A stretch of 64,000 nucleotides of DNA, from the NCBI GenBank assembly GCA_030698885.1, contig JAUYLN010000020.1:7346-71345 (forward strand). The letters run 5' to 3'. Positions within the stretch are counted from its first letter, which is position 1. Every line of letters begins with the position of its first letter. The notes under the pieces are model-generated. The model did no database searches. It saw only the letters and a program-made list of their open reading frames with translations, and was not told the DNA's origin. The position numbers were made by a program, and so were the translations under genes. Origin of the DNA: a bacterium (lineage in GTDB: Bacteria; Patescibacteriota; Minisyncoccia; 2-02-FULL-40-12; IGHO2-01-FULL-4-A). Positions 47,637-56,518 of the stretch are shown in pieces.

Positions 47637-47662
47637 TTCTCACATTCTTAAGAATGTGAGAA
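47637..47662. promoter_or_regulatory. Perfect 26-bp palindrome TTCTCACATTCTTAAGAATGTGAGAA, a candidate dimeric transcription-factor operator
   Basis: Seen directly; it lies in the convergent gap between ORF 47173 and the sortase gene. Confidence 0.45.
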
Positions 47663-47821
47663 CGAAAGATTCTTTTATCTTTAATTTGCGTGTCTGCCCG
47701 CCTCTGGAGGGAATAGGCGAATAAAGTAAGTTGTGGCTAGGGATAGCCTATAACTAACTTGTTTAGTTAAATTCGAGGTTCCGATAAATCATATAAAATA
47801 ATTCTAACTATATAACATAAC

Positions 47822-47879
47822 AACACAGCAAAAGACATCCTTAAAAACTTGAGAATTTAAGGATGTCTTTTGCTGTGTT
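47822..47879. terminator. Long perfect inverted repeat (24-bp stem) acting as a bidirectional terminator downstream of the sortase
   Basis: aacacagcaaaagacatccttaaa ... tttaaggatgtcttttgctgtgtt. Confidence 0.6.
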
Positions 47880-47937
47880 TAGGGGCGCTAGGGACGAGAG
47901 ACCTTGGATAAGTATATAATTTAGCAAGTAAATTATA

Positions 47938-48588
47938 TTAGATGCGTTCGGCGATTATGATGAGACGCTGTTTAGATGTGAAAAGAGGGGAGCAGGTGAT
48001 TAAGGTGAGCCGGGGTGAGTCGGTGGGATTTAGAACGGAAAGGTCGGTAGGTTCAACGACTTTGCTTTCTATGACCCGGTATCGGTAAGTTGCTCCCTGC
48101 CATGAAAGCTCAAACTCTTCGCCCACCGTCAGTTTGTCCAGATTATAAAAAGTATTGCCGATTGGGGGTAGGAATTTAAAGCGATGGCCGAAAATGACAG
48201 TATTGCCTCCCTTGTCGGGAGTTGAAGTATGCGGGAACATCCATCCGCCCTTGGCGAGGGTTCTGACGCTATCGCTTAAGAATATGGGCATATTAATTCC
48301 AATTTGAGGTATAGAGAGGCGATTATTAATATTCTTAAGTTCATAGTCCGGCACTGGAGTGGCCGTGTTTGACGCGGGAGTCGGAGCTATTTCTTGGCCG
48401 GGTACTACGAACTGGTCGTTTATGGTTATGGCAGAGTTTATCTCCTGTTCTGAAAGCGTATCCAAAAAAGCATAGTCATCCAAAAAGCCAAACGAAAGCA
48501 GGGGAATACCGATTCCAAGCAGAGACAAGGTTATTAGCACGAACCCCAGTTTTTTATATATTTTATGTTGGTCTGTATTTTTAGGCAC
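47938..48588 (-). CDS. Sortase-family transpeptidase (GTG start)
   Basis: An N-terminal TM anchor and ...RLTLITCSP..., the TLxTC active-site motif with the catalytic Cys. Confidence 0.75.
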   Translation of the reverse strand: MPKNTDQHKIYKKLGFVLITLSLLGIGIPLLSFGFLDDYAFLDTLSEQEINSAITINDQFVVPGQEIAPTPASNTATPVPDYELKNINNRLSIPQIGINMPIFLSDSVRTLAKGGWMFPHTSTPDKGGNTVIFGHRFKFLPPIGNTFYNLDKLTVGEEFELSWQGATYRYRVIESKVVEPTDLSVLNPTDSPRLTLITCSPLFTSKQRLIIIAERI

Positions 48589-48595
48589 TTATTAG

Positions 48596-48624
48596 AGTAT
48601 TAAGTAGTAAGTATAAAGTATAAG
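48596..48624. repeat. Variant of the pilin-associated repeat (AGTATTAAGTAGTAAGTATAAAGTATAAG) directly upstream of the sortase start
   Basis: It shares AGTATTAAG...GTAGTAAGTAT with the repeats at 54428, 55990, 56487, 58163 and 58664. Confidence 0.55.
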
Positions 48625-48650
48625 AACGTAAAAACTAAATCTATTATAAC

Positions 48651-48679
48651 AAATAAAGAGCGCATTGCGCTCTTTATTT
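48651..48679 (-). terminator. Terminator hairpin aaataaagagcgc-attg-gcgctctttattt after the surface-protein gene (minus strand)
   Basis: Perfect stem with flanking T/A runs. Confidence 0.6.
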
Positions 48680-48691
48680 GTTGAACCTGTT

Positions 48692-48718
48692 CCTTAATAC
48701 TTAACCCTTACTACTTAT
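48692..48718. repeat. Inverted variant of the pilin-associated repeat (CCTTAATACTTAACCCTTACTACTTAT) overlapping the surface-protein stop codon
   Basis: Reverse complement: ATAAGTAGTAAGGGTTAAGTATTAAGG. Confidence 0.55.
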
Positions 48719-49962
48719 TTATTCAGCCACACATTTGCCTTCTTTGGCATAAGCTCGTAGCCGAACATTAATGAGAGCAAGCCGGTCATAAAGAATGAAA
48801 TCATAAGCGATAAGAATATTCTGTCAAAACCGGTTAATGATACATCCGGAAGCTGGTCCATCTCGCCAAGTACAGCCGGGGTCGGAGTTGCTGGCGGGGT
48901 TGCTGTTGGGGTGGGAGATACGGTTTCAGCTCCAAGGACTGCCGAAGAGTTGGTTGTCGGGAAGAATCCGCCTCCACCTCCACCGCCTCCACCACCTCCA
49001 TTGGGCGTCGGGGTTGGGGTAGGAGTTGCAGATGGGGTAGGGGTTGGAGTGGGAGATGTCTGTGTGTTATTTAAACCAAAGTGTGCATTTATGGTTTGAT
49101 GGCTTGTTACGGTAAAAGTACAAACCGGATTTGTAGGATCGCTGACGCAGGGGCCAGAAGTCCAAGAGCCATCAAAGTTGGATCCTTCGTCAGGAGTGGC
49201 GTTCAAAGTAACTTCTGTTCCTTCTTCATATGTCTCTGAACAGTCGCTTTCCTCTGAATTGCTGTCGCAATTTATTAATTCATCTTCGTCATTAATAACG
49301 CCATCACCATCTCCGCTAGTTGTAATATCTACTGTGTAAGTTGGCGTCGGGGTTGGGGTAGGGGTATCACTTGGAGTTGGTGATGGAGTCGGAGTGTCAG
49401 AAGGAGTAGGGCTTGGGGTCGGTGTGTCTGAGGGGCTGGGGGTAGGAGTCGGTGTATTACTTGGGGCTGGCGTCGGGGTTGGTGTCGGGTCTACATCAAC
49501 GCAGATAGTTACAGAAGAAACTGCGTCTGCCTGATTGTCCTGTCCTGGTACTGTTTGATGATAAATACGAGCTGTAATAGTAAAAGGACCATCCGTAAGA
49601 TAGGTGTGAGTTGCACCGAAAGAACGTGTTTCTGTTCCGTGGTCTGGGTTTTGATTTAAACTAAATGTACTTGCCTCAGTTTGGTCATTAGTATTGCCAT
49701 CTCCCCAATCTATTTGTACGTGATATTGGCCAAGTTGACCCTGGGGGGCTGTTGCAGTTGCCGTTCCCGAGACTGTTACTTCACCACCGATGTTGCAATC
49801 GTCACCGCTAATAGGACTAGTGATATTAACTGAAGTTGCCGCAAATACACTAAACGGTATGGCCTGCAATGTCATGGACATTACGAATGTTAATATGAAA
49901 AAACTGGCCAAAAACTTTGGCCTACGACCTGTTGAGAAAAATCCTATATTGCTATTTTTCAT
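48715..49962 (-). CDS. Secreted cell-surface protein with Pro/Thr linker repeats, a Gly11 run and a C-terminal hydrophobic anchor plus KK tail. It is a candidate sortase substrate.
   Basis: Signal peptide; (TPTPSPSDTP)n; GGGGGGGGGGG; C-terminus ...LPDVSLTG...hydrophobic...PKK. Confidence 0.6.
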   Translation of the reverse strand: MKNSNIGFFSTGRRPKFLASFFILTFVMSMTLQAIPFSVFAATSVNITSPISGDDCNIGGEVTVSGTATATAPQGQLGQYHVQIDWGDGNTNDQTEASTFSLNQNPDHGTETRSFGATHTYLTDGPFTITARIYHQTVPGQDNQADAVSSVTICVDVDPTPTPTPAPSNTPTPTPSPSDTPTPSPTPSDTPTPSPTPSDTPTPTPTPTYTVDITTSGDGDGVINDEDELINCDSNSEESDCSETYEEGTEVTLNATPDEGSNFDGSWTSGPCVSDPTNPVCTFTVTSHQTINAHFGLNNTQTSPTPTPTPSATPTPTPTPNGGGGGGGGGGGFFPTTNSSAVLGAETVSPTPTATPPATPTPAVLGEMDQLPDVSLTGFDRIFLSLMISFFMTGLLSLMFGYELMPKKANVWLNK

Positions 49963-50348
49963 GAATTTTCGCCCTTTTCTTGCCTTTTTGGCCCGAAACA
50001 GGGGAAGTTATTTAAAGTTATTATTATTTTAACAGAATATAATCATATTGTCAAATTAATGCGCCCGGATACGTATTTGACAGTTTCTTCATTAAATCAT
50101 CACGGTGACGGTATCATATAACGCCTATATACTTTGGTTTAGTATAAAACCACTTTATTCCATCATGATGACTAATCATTAATAATAGATGAAGATTATC
50201 CACGGAGCAACAAGGTTTATCAAGGTTTGACTTTCTTCATGAAGAGTGTATATTTCTATGATTCCCTCAACTTTTAAAAACCAATATTAATTGGCTCATT
50301 TAGCAACAAAGAGTTAGCTGAAGGGCATTATGTTGGAGAAAAATACAA

Positions 50349-52799
50349 ATGAATAAGTACATTGCGGTTTGTCTGCTTGCGGGCGTGTTGGTTTTGGGTG
50401 GTATAAGTTTGGCTTATGGCGAGTCTTCACCAACCTTAACTACAGATAAAGATGATTATTTGATAGGAGAGACTGCCACTATCTCCGGCCTGTCATTTAA
50501 CCCATCAGAGAATTTTAATATTAAAGTATATGGGGGAAGCGATGCTGATGGAACTTACACCGAAACAAATGATGTCGTTGCAAGCGATGAAAATGGCAAA
50601 TTTATTTATTCATATACTCTTGATTTAGTTTACAGGCCCTTATATGTGGTTGCGGTCAGTGATTTAAATGGTGTTGAATTGGCAAGAACCACATTCACTG
50701 ATGCACCACCCGCAGTAAGCCTTGAACAATGTAGAAATGGAGCGGTGGGGACACCTAATAATTGTGAAGATCTAGGCGGTGGAAGCGGCTGGGTTTCCGG
50801 TAATGTTGGAGCCTCGCAGGGGCATTACTTAGAAGGACACTCCATTCCATATAGGGCAGTTTTAACAAACCTTCCGGTTAATACGCCAATAACTCTAACT
50901 CTGGGATATGATATAAAACATAGCGGTGCTCATGCTATAGACTATTTGACTCATTTTGATCGTCTTGATCCACATACCCAGTTCAGTCATTCTGCCGAAA
51001 GTGTAAATCCGACTGATGGTGTTTCGGGATTTTCTGCAACCACAACGACCTTTACTGTTCTGGCGCCTGATACTATAAATTCTCCGGTTTTTGGGCAACC
51101 AGCTACAAGCTTCAATGCATTACTTGCTGGCGAGAGGGTTATGACATTATTTGGAGGAACTATTTCTGGCATCTCGTATGATACTGATGGTGATTTAACT
51201 GCTGCACAATCTGAAACTAGGATTACCGTTACATTTAGTGTTGATGATTCTACTGCAGTTCTCGCATGGGGTGGCCATATAGCTACCCAAGAAGATTGGG
51301 GCGTTGGTCAATCTGCAGGAGGAATTAGCGGTTCTCCTTACCATATGCGTTTAATTGACTGGAATTTAAATAATCTCGGCAACACAGATCGCTCTCTTTC
51401 TGCGGCAGTAATTCTTGTTCCCCAACAGGCCACACTTACTCTTTTGAAGGATGTAGTTAATGACAATGGCGGAACAGCTTTGGATACTGCCTGGACTCTT
51501 TCCGCAAACGGTCCTACTCCGGTTTCCGGAGTTGAAGGCGATGTAGCAGTTACAGATGCTTTAGTTGATGCCGGAGAATATACTCTTTCAGAATCAAGCG
51601 GCCCTTCAGGTTATACTGCTTCTTCATATAGTTGTGTTGTGAATGGCGAAAATCCCGTTGTCGGTAATTCATTAACTCTTGCTCCTGAAGATGTCGCAGT
51701 TTGTACTATCACCAATGATGACGATGCCCCTTCCCTTACTTTGGTAAAGGAAGTTGTTAATGATAACGGTGGAACCGCAGTGGCAGGCGACTGGACACTT
51801 ACTGCGACCGGCTACGATTCAGTTTCTCCTGATGCAGGCACTTATGACCTTTCAGAATCAGGCCCTGACAATTACACTCAGACCTCTTTGACCTGCGATA
51901 ATGCCGAAGGACAGGTTACTTCAGTAACTCTCGGTCTTGGTGAGGATGTCACCTGCACATTTGTAAATGATGATCAGCCTGCTAAGTTGACTATAATAAA
52001 AGATTCAGATCCGAATGATACCCAGGATTTCAATTTCTCGGGTACATTAGGCGCATTCGTATTGGATAATGATGAAGGAGTGCAGGATGTAGAGGATAGT
52101 GCCACTCCAGACAGAAAGACATTTGATGACTTATCAGCAAACCAAGTTTATACCGTAACCGAAGGACCGCAGCCAAGCACATATTGGACATTTGTCGGGG
52201 TTAGCTGTGTGGATACAAATACTCAAGAAGTATATCCGGCAACCGTTGATGGCCAGAGCATATCAGTTGAGCTTGTTTTAGATGGAGACGTTACCTGCAC
52301 ATTCGTAAATCATAAAGACAGCCCATCCAGAACTCTTGGTTTCTGGAAGACACATACTGAATATACGACCAGTATATTTGAGAATCAGCTGGGGAGCAGC
52401 ATAACCTTGGGTGATGGAGGAGAGCACCAGGATGTGATTGCTTCACCGTCCGCATTATTCGGTGCGTGGTATTCAAACGTTTCACAGAAATCAATTGGTA
52501 AAGGCAAGAATGCACGAAGATCCACGGTTGACCAGGCCAGAATGCAGTTGGCATGGCAGTGGTTGGCGGCAAAACTAAACTGTGCGGCATTCGGATGCCC
52601 AAGTGATGTGCAGACGTTGCTTAGTGATGCCAGCACGGTTTACGCAGTAGGTGATGTAGGCGCAATGCTTAACTATGCCGGTCAGCTTGATATCTTTAAT
52701 AATGCCAGCGACTCAATCGTTATAGATGGTGATGTTGGCAAGGCAACTCCGAAATTATCACAGACTCTCGCAGATCTTCTGTTCTGGGACACACCATAA
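50349..52799 (+). CDS. Large secreted protein with three tandem beta-sandwich-like repeats (LTL[V/L]K[E/D]VVNDNGGTA...)
   Basis: Signal peptide; repeated ~100-aa units seen in the translation; no obvious C-terminal sorting signal. Confidence 0.6.
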   Translation: MNKYIAVCLLAGVLVLGGISLAYGESSPTLTTDKDDYLIGETATISGLSFNPSENFNIKVYGGSDADGTYTETNDVVASDENGKFIYSYTLDLVYRPLYVVAVSDLNGVELARTTFTDAPPAVSLEQCRNGAVGTPNNCEDLGGGSGWVSGNVGASQGHYLEGHSIPYRAVLTNLPVNTPITLTLGYDIKHSGAHAIDYLTHFDRLDPHTQFSHSAESVNPTDGVSGFSATTTTFTVLAPDTINSPVFGQPATSFNALLAGERVMTLFGGTISGISYDTDGDLTAAQSETRITVTFSVDDSTAVLAWGGHIATQEDWGVGQSAGGISGSPYHMRLIDWNLNNLGNTDRSLSAAVILVPQQATLTLLKDVVNDNGGTALDTAWTLSANGPTPVSGVEGDVAVTDALVDAGEYTLSESSGPSGYTASSYSCVVNGENPVVGNSLTLAPEDVAVCTITNDDDAPSLTLVKEVVNDNGGTAVAGDWTLTATGYDSVSPDAGTYDLSESGPDNYTQTSLTCDNAEGQVTSVTLGLGEDVTCTFVNDDQPAKLTIIKDSDPNDTQDFNFSGTLGAFVLDNDEGVQDVEDSATPDRKTFDDLSANQVYTVTEGPQPSTYWTFVGVSCVDTNTQEVYPATVDGQSISVELVLDGDVTCTFVNHKDSPSRTLGFWKTHTEYTTSIFENQLGSSITLGDGGEHQDVIASPSALFGAWYSNVSQKSIGKGKNARRSTVDQARMQLAWQWLAAKLNCAAFGCPSDVQTLLSDASTVYAVGDVGAMLNYAGQLDIFNNASDSIVIDGDVGKATPKLSQTLADLLFWDTP

Positions 52800-52815
52800 T
52801 CTTGTTACTCTAGAT

Positions 52816-52851
52816 CACCAAAAACCGCCCCGAGACGGGCGGTTTTTGGTG
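52816..52851 (+). terminator. Rho-independent terminator (caccaaaaaccgcccg-agac-gggcggtttttggtg)
   Basis: 16-bp perfect stem plus T-run. Confidence 0.7.
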
Positions 52852-53034
52852 ATGAAACTCTTCATGAAGATTCCATAAACTTGAGATTAAATAAAGCTTA
52901 GCATATAATAACATAATTAATTTTGGCCCGCAAAACAGTGATAGGACAGCATACTTGCCAAAAATAACAAATTGTGATATTATATATACAGTAAAAAGGC
53001 TTAATGCCTTTTTGCGTTAAAAGCGCTATTATCA

Positions 53035-53197
53035 GAACTTGTCCAAAAACCCTCTTTCGTCGCGAAATTGCAGAATTTTGAGCGAGACACTCCGGCGGAA
53101 AACGAAGCATATCCTTTGATATGGTGAGTTTGAGCCGTTGGGTGTCGCAGCCGAAATTCTGCAATTGCAGCAGAATACGGGGTTTTTGGACAAGTTC
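53035..53197. promoter_or_regulatory. Nested long-range inverted repeats in the pilB leader: GAACTTGTCCAAAAACCC ... GGGTTTTTGGACAAGTTC (outer) and CGAAATTGCAGAATT ... AATTCTGCAATTGCAG (inner)
   Basis: Two perfect or near-perfect inverted-repeat pairs ~130 bp apart, ending 10 nt before the pilB ATG. Confidence 0.5.
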
Positions 53198-53207
53198 AAG
53201 GCCTTTT

Positions 53208-54425
53208 ATGACCAAAACTAAGTCAGAAAAAGAAATAAAAAAGGGGGCAGAAATATCAGTTATCACACTGGTGGACTCTTTGATTGAAGATGCCCACCAG
53301 GTAAATGCTTCCGATATTCATATTGATGCCGGCGAAAAATCGGCCAGGGTCAGGTTCAGGGTTGATGGCGTTTTACAGGATATGTTTGAATTGCCATTGG
53401 GCCTGATGCCTGAAATTATTTCCAGAATAAAAATATTGACCAACCTAAGAACTGATGAGCACAAGGTTCCGCAGGACGGTCGTTTCAGGCTAGTCATTGA
53501 AAAAATCGGACCGGTTGATGTCAGGGTGGCCATTACCCCGACTTATCACGGTGAAAGCGCCGTTTTGCGTTTATTGTCTTCCGACCAGTCCGGCCAATAT
53601 AGTCTTGAGTCTTTGGGTTTTGAAGAGCATGACAGAGAAAAAATATTGAAAGCCGTTCAGAATCCTTACGGAATGATTTTGGTTACCGGACCGACCGGCT
53701 CAGGTAAAACAACCACTCTTTATACGATATTAAAAATTTTAAATACAAATGATGTTTCAATCATTACGATTGAAGACCCGATTGAATATGCCATTGATAA
53801 TATAAAGCAGGTTCCGGTCAGTGCCAGAACCGGTCTAACCTTTGCCAGCGGTCTGCGCTCCATGTTGAGGCAGGACCCGGACATTATCATGGTGGGTGAG
53901 ATTAGGGATGAGGACACTGCCGGCCTTGCGGTCAATACCGCTTTGACCGGTCACCTTTTACTTTCAACATTGCATACAAATGATGCGGCTACGACTTTGC
54001 CCAGATTGTTAGACATGAAGATAGAGCCATATTTGGCTTCGTCCACTGTTAACGTTGCCATCGGCCAGAGATTGGTCAGAAGGATCTGCGAAGGCTGTAA
54101 GGTTCAGAAAAATATTACCGAAACTGAGTACGAGAGCCTTGTAGAGGTTTTGGGTAAAAACATAGTCGGATCAAGTAAAAAGTTTTATAAAGGTTCAGGT
54201 TGCGATAAATGCAATCTGACCGGTTATCGCGGAAGATTAGTAATAGACGAAGTTATGGTCATTGATGACGAGATAAGGGAGGCTATCTTAAAAAAAGGTT
54301 CTTCAAGCGATATAAAAAATATTGCAATAAAGAATGGCATGACCACGATGATAGAAGACGGAATTAGAAAAGCCGCGAAAGGAATGACGACGATACAGGA
54401 AGTGCTGAGAGTGATACATGAATAA
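53208..54425 (+). CDS. Type IV pilus/type II secretion assembly ATPase (PilB/GspE family, short N-terminus)
   Basis: Walker A GPTGSGKTTTLY, Asp/His boxes and a tetracysteine motif CEGC...CDKC. Start set at MTKTKSEK (the track ORF starts at 53121 inside the inverted repeats). Confidence 0.8.
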   Translation: MTKTKSEKEIKKGAEISVITLVDSLIEDAHQVNASDIHIDAGEKSARVRFRVDGVLQDMFELPLGLMPEIISRIKILTNLRTDEHKVPQDGRFRLVIEKIGPVDVRVAITPTYHGESAVLRLLSSDQSGQYSLESLGFEEHDREKILKAVQNPYGMILVTGPTGSGKTTTLYTILKILNTNDVSIITIEDPIEYAIDNIKQVPVSARTGLTFASGLRSMLRQDPDIIMVGEIRDEDTAGLAVNTALTGHLLLSTLHTNDAATTLPRLLDMKIEPYLASSTVNVAIGQRLVRRICEGCKVQKNITETEYESLVEVLGKNIVGSSKKFYKGSGCDKCNLTGYRGRLVIDEVMVIDDEIREAILKKGSSSDIKNIAIKNGMTTMIEDGIRKAAKGMTTIQEVLRVIHE

Positions 54426-54427
54426 TT

Positions 54428-54460
54428 CTAAGTATTAAGGAATAAGTAGTAAGTATTAAG
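54428..54460 (+). repeat. Pilin-associated repeat (CTAAGTATTAAGGAATAAGTAGTAAGTATTAAGC) directly upstream of the four-helix-bundle gene
   Basis: Same unit as upstream of each pilin gene. The first ~20 nt of the downstream CDS are also conserved. Confidence 0.8.
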
Positions 54461-54461
54461 C

Positions 54462-54842
54462 ATGGATACAAAAACAAAAATTGAAAGCTTTACCGATTTA
54501 AAGGCATGGAAAGAAGGGCATAGGCTTGTCCTGGACGTTTATAAGATTAGCAGGGAGTTTCCCAGAGAAGAGATGTTCGGCTTGGCCAATCAATTAAGGC
54601 GTGCAGTCGTATCAATCACATCAAACTTGGCCGAAGGATTTAGTAGAACATCCTATAAGGACAAGATAAAGTTTTATTCTATATCATTAGGGTCTTTAAC
54701 TGAAGTGCAAAACCAGTTATTGATATCCCGAGACATTAATTATTTGAACAAAGAAAAATTTGATATTTTAGCACAACAAACAATTTTGGTAAGTAAGTTG
54801 GTTAATGGTTTAATTAAAAAATTAAAAACCCTTAATACTTAA
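54462..54842 (+). CDS. Four-helix-bundle protein (TIGR02436 / 23S-rRNA-intervening-sequence-protein family)
   Basis: ...FTDLKAWKEGHRLVLDVYKISREFPREEMFGLANQLRRAVVSITSNLAEGFSR...ISLGSLTEVQNQL... matches the family signature. Confidence 0.6.
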   Translation: MDTKTKIESFTDLKAWKEGHRLVLDVYKISREFPREEMFGLANQLRRAVVSITSNLAEGFSRTSYKDKIKFYSISLGSLTEVQNQLLISRDINYLNKEKFDILAQQTILVSKLVNGLIKKLKTLNT

Positions 54843-54860
54843 TACTTGCTACTTAATACT
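54831..54860 (-). repeat. Inverted copy of the pilin-associated repeat (CTTAATACTTAATACTTGCTACTTAATACT) overlapping the 4HB stop codon
   Basis: Reverse complement AGTATTAAGTAGCAAGTATTAAGTATTAAG. Together with 54428-54460 it brackets the 4HB gene with inverted repeats. Confidence 0.7.
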
Positions 54861-54867
54861 ATTCGTC

Positions 54868-55989
54868 ATGAGCTTCATTAAATCAAACAACCCAACATTT
54901 AATAAGGAAATTTCATTTAGCTTGCCTAAGTGGATGCCTTTCGGCAGATTGTCGGTCAAAGACCAGGCGGTTTTTGCCAAGAGATTATCGTTTTTGATAA
55001 AGGCCGGCGTGCCGATATTGGACGGCATCAGGATGTTAAACAAGCAGACTAAGTCCGGTTCCAAAAAGAGGATATTGGAGCAGGTTTTAAGCGACGTTTC
55101 ACAGGGCCAGCTTTTGTCCGCCAGCTTTGCCAAATCCCAGAAAGTATTCGGCGAATTCGGCATTAGCATGATAAAAGTCGGTGAAGAGGGCGGTATTTTG
55201 GATGAAAACCTGAGCTATCTTGCCGAAGAGTTGAGAAAGAGCCATCGCTTGAGGAAAAAGATAAAAGGCGCGTTGGCCTATCCGGCTTTTGTTACTTTTG
55301 CTACTATCGGCATAACCGGTTTTATAACCGCTTTTATATTCCCTAAAATTTTGCCTATTTTTGCTAATTTTGGAGCCGAACTTCCGGTAACAACCAAGGC
55401 CCTCATAATTATAAGCACATTTCTTCTTCATTATGGCCTAGCGCTTTTAGCTGGCCTTTTTGTCTTATCTATTTTTCTATACGGAGTGTATCTTAAGGCG
55501 GGGCCATTCAGGATGACTGTGGACAGAGGCGTTCTCTCTTTGCCGATATTCGGCAAAATGATTAAAGATTACCAGATGGCAAGTTTTTGCCGAACTTTTG
55601 GGCTGCTTCTAAAGAGCCAGCTGGATGTTGTTAAGGCAACTCAGATTACAGCTCACACGCTTTCAAATCATGTTTATCAAAGAGAAATTAAGGCCCTCTC
55701 GGTTAACATTACAAAGGGTAAAAATATCGCTGAGTACATAAGCCAGAATCCTTATTTGTTTCCGGAAATGGTTTTACAGACCTTATCGGTCGGCGAATCA
55801 ACCGGTCATTTAAGCGACAGCTTGCTTTATCTTTCCGATTATTACGAGAACGAAGTTGAAGAAACAACCAGGAATTTATCAAGCACTCTTGAGCCGGCCC
55901 TGATGGTAGTCATGGGTGTCGTGGTTGGATTCGTGGCTTTAGCTGTTATCACTCCGATTTATCAGATAACTCAAAATATTCATCCGTAA
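54868..55989 (+). CDS. Type IV pilus/type II secretion platform protein (PilC/GspF family)
   Basis: Three TM segments with two GspF-like cytoplasmic domains. Confidence 0.8.
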   Translation: MSFIKSNNPTFNKEISFSLPKWMPFGRLSVKDQAVFAKRLSFLIKAGVPILDGIRMLNKQTKSGSKKRILEQVLSDVSQGQLLSASFAKSQKVFGEFGISMIKVGEEGGILDENLSYLAEELRKSHRLRKKIKGALAYPAFVTFATIGITGFITAFIFPKILPIFANFGAELPVTTKALIIISTFLLHYGLALLAGLFVLSIFLYGVYLKAGPFRMTVDRGVLSLPIFGKMIKDYQMASFCRTFGLLLKSQLDVVKATQITAHTLSNHVYQREIKALSVNITKGKNIAEYISQNPYLFPEMVLQTLSVGESTGHLSDSLLYLSDYYENEVEETTRNLSSTLEPALMVVMGVVVGFVALAVITPIYQITQNIHP

Positions 55990-56023
55990 CTAAGTATTAA
56001 GGGATAAATAGTAAGTATTAAGC
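55990..56023 (+). repeat. Pilin-associated repeat (CTAAGTATTAAGGGATAAATAGTAAGTATTAAGC)
   Basis: It starts right after the pilC stop and ends at the pilin ATG. Confidence 0.8.
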
Positions 56024-56485
56024 ATGAATACAAAAACAAAAAACAATCAGTGGGGGTTCACTGCCGTAGAGGTTTTAATGGTTATTGGAATTTTTTCGCT
56101 TCTGGCCGGCCTGGGTCTTTTTATCAGTATGGATTTCTACAGAAGTTATTCTTTCAGGTCTGACAGGGATATGACCATCAGTATTCTGGAAAGAGCCAGA
56201 GCTCAGTCTTTGGCCAATATTAATGAATCGGCCCACGGTGTTCGCTTTGATTCCGGTTCATCCAAGTTAATATTATTTCAGGGTAATTCATATGATGACA
56301 GAGACACCTCGCTTGACCAGGAAATATCTTTAAATTCAGGCATAGCAGTAACCGGCATAAATGAGGTTGTGTTTGAACAACTGACGGGTAATGCAGTATA
56401 TTCTGGAGCCGGAAATATGATTTTAAGCTACGGAGCCCAAACCGCGACGATATCATTTAATGGAGAGGGGAGGATAAATTACTAG
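56024..56485 (+). CDS. Type IV prepilin/pseudopilin (class III signal MNTKTKNNQWG|FTAVE)
   Basis: Leader ending in Gly, mature N-terminus F-x-x-x-E5 followed by a hydrophobic helix. Confidence 0.7.
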   Translation: MNTKTKNNQWGFTAVEVLMVIGIFSLLAGLGLFISMDFYRSYSFRSDRDMTISILERARAQSLANINESAHGVRFDSGSSKLILFQGNSYDDRDTSLDQEISLNSGIAVTGINEVVFEQLTGNAVYSGAGNMILSYGAQTATISFNGEGRINY

Positions 56486-56486
56486 C

Positions 56487-56518
56487 AAGTATTAAGGGAT
56501 AAGTAGTAAGTATTAAGC
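56487..56518 (+). repeat. Pilin-associated repeat (CAAGTATTAAGGGATAAGTAGTAAGTATTAAGC)
   Basis: Located between the stop of pilin 1 and the ATG of the next gene. Confidence 0.8.

Noticed and set aside
48837-49099. Plus-strand track ORFs rich in Gly/Val/Pro opposite the surface-protein gene
   Set aside because: They are the reverse frame of the Pro/Thr and Gly11 low-complexity coding repeats of the minus-strand surface protein. They are composition artefacts.
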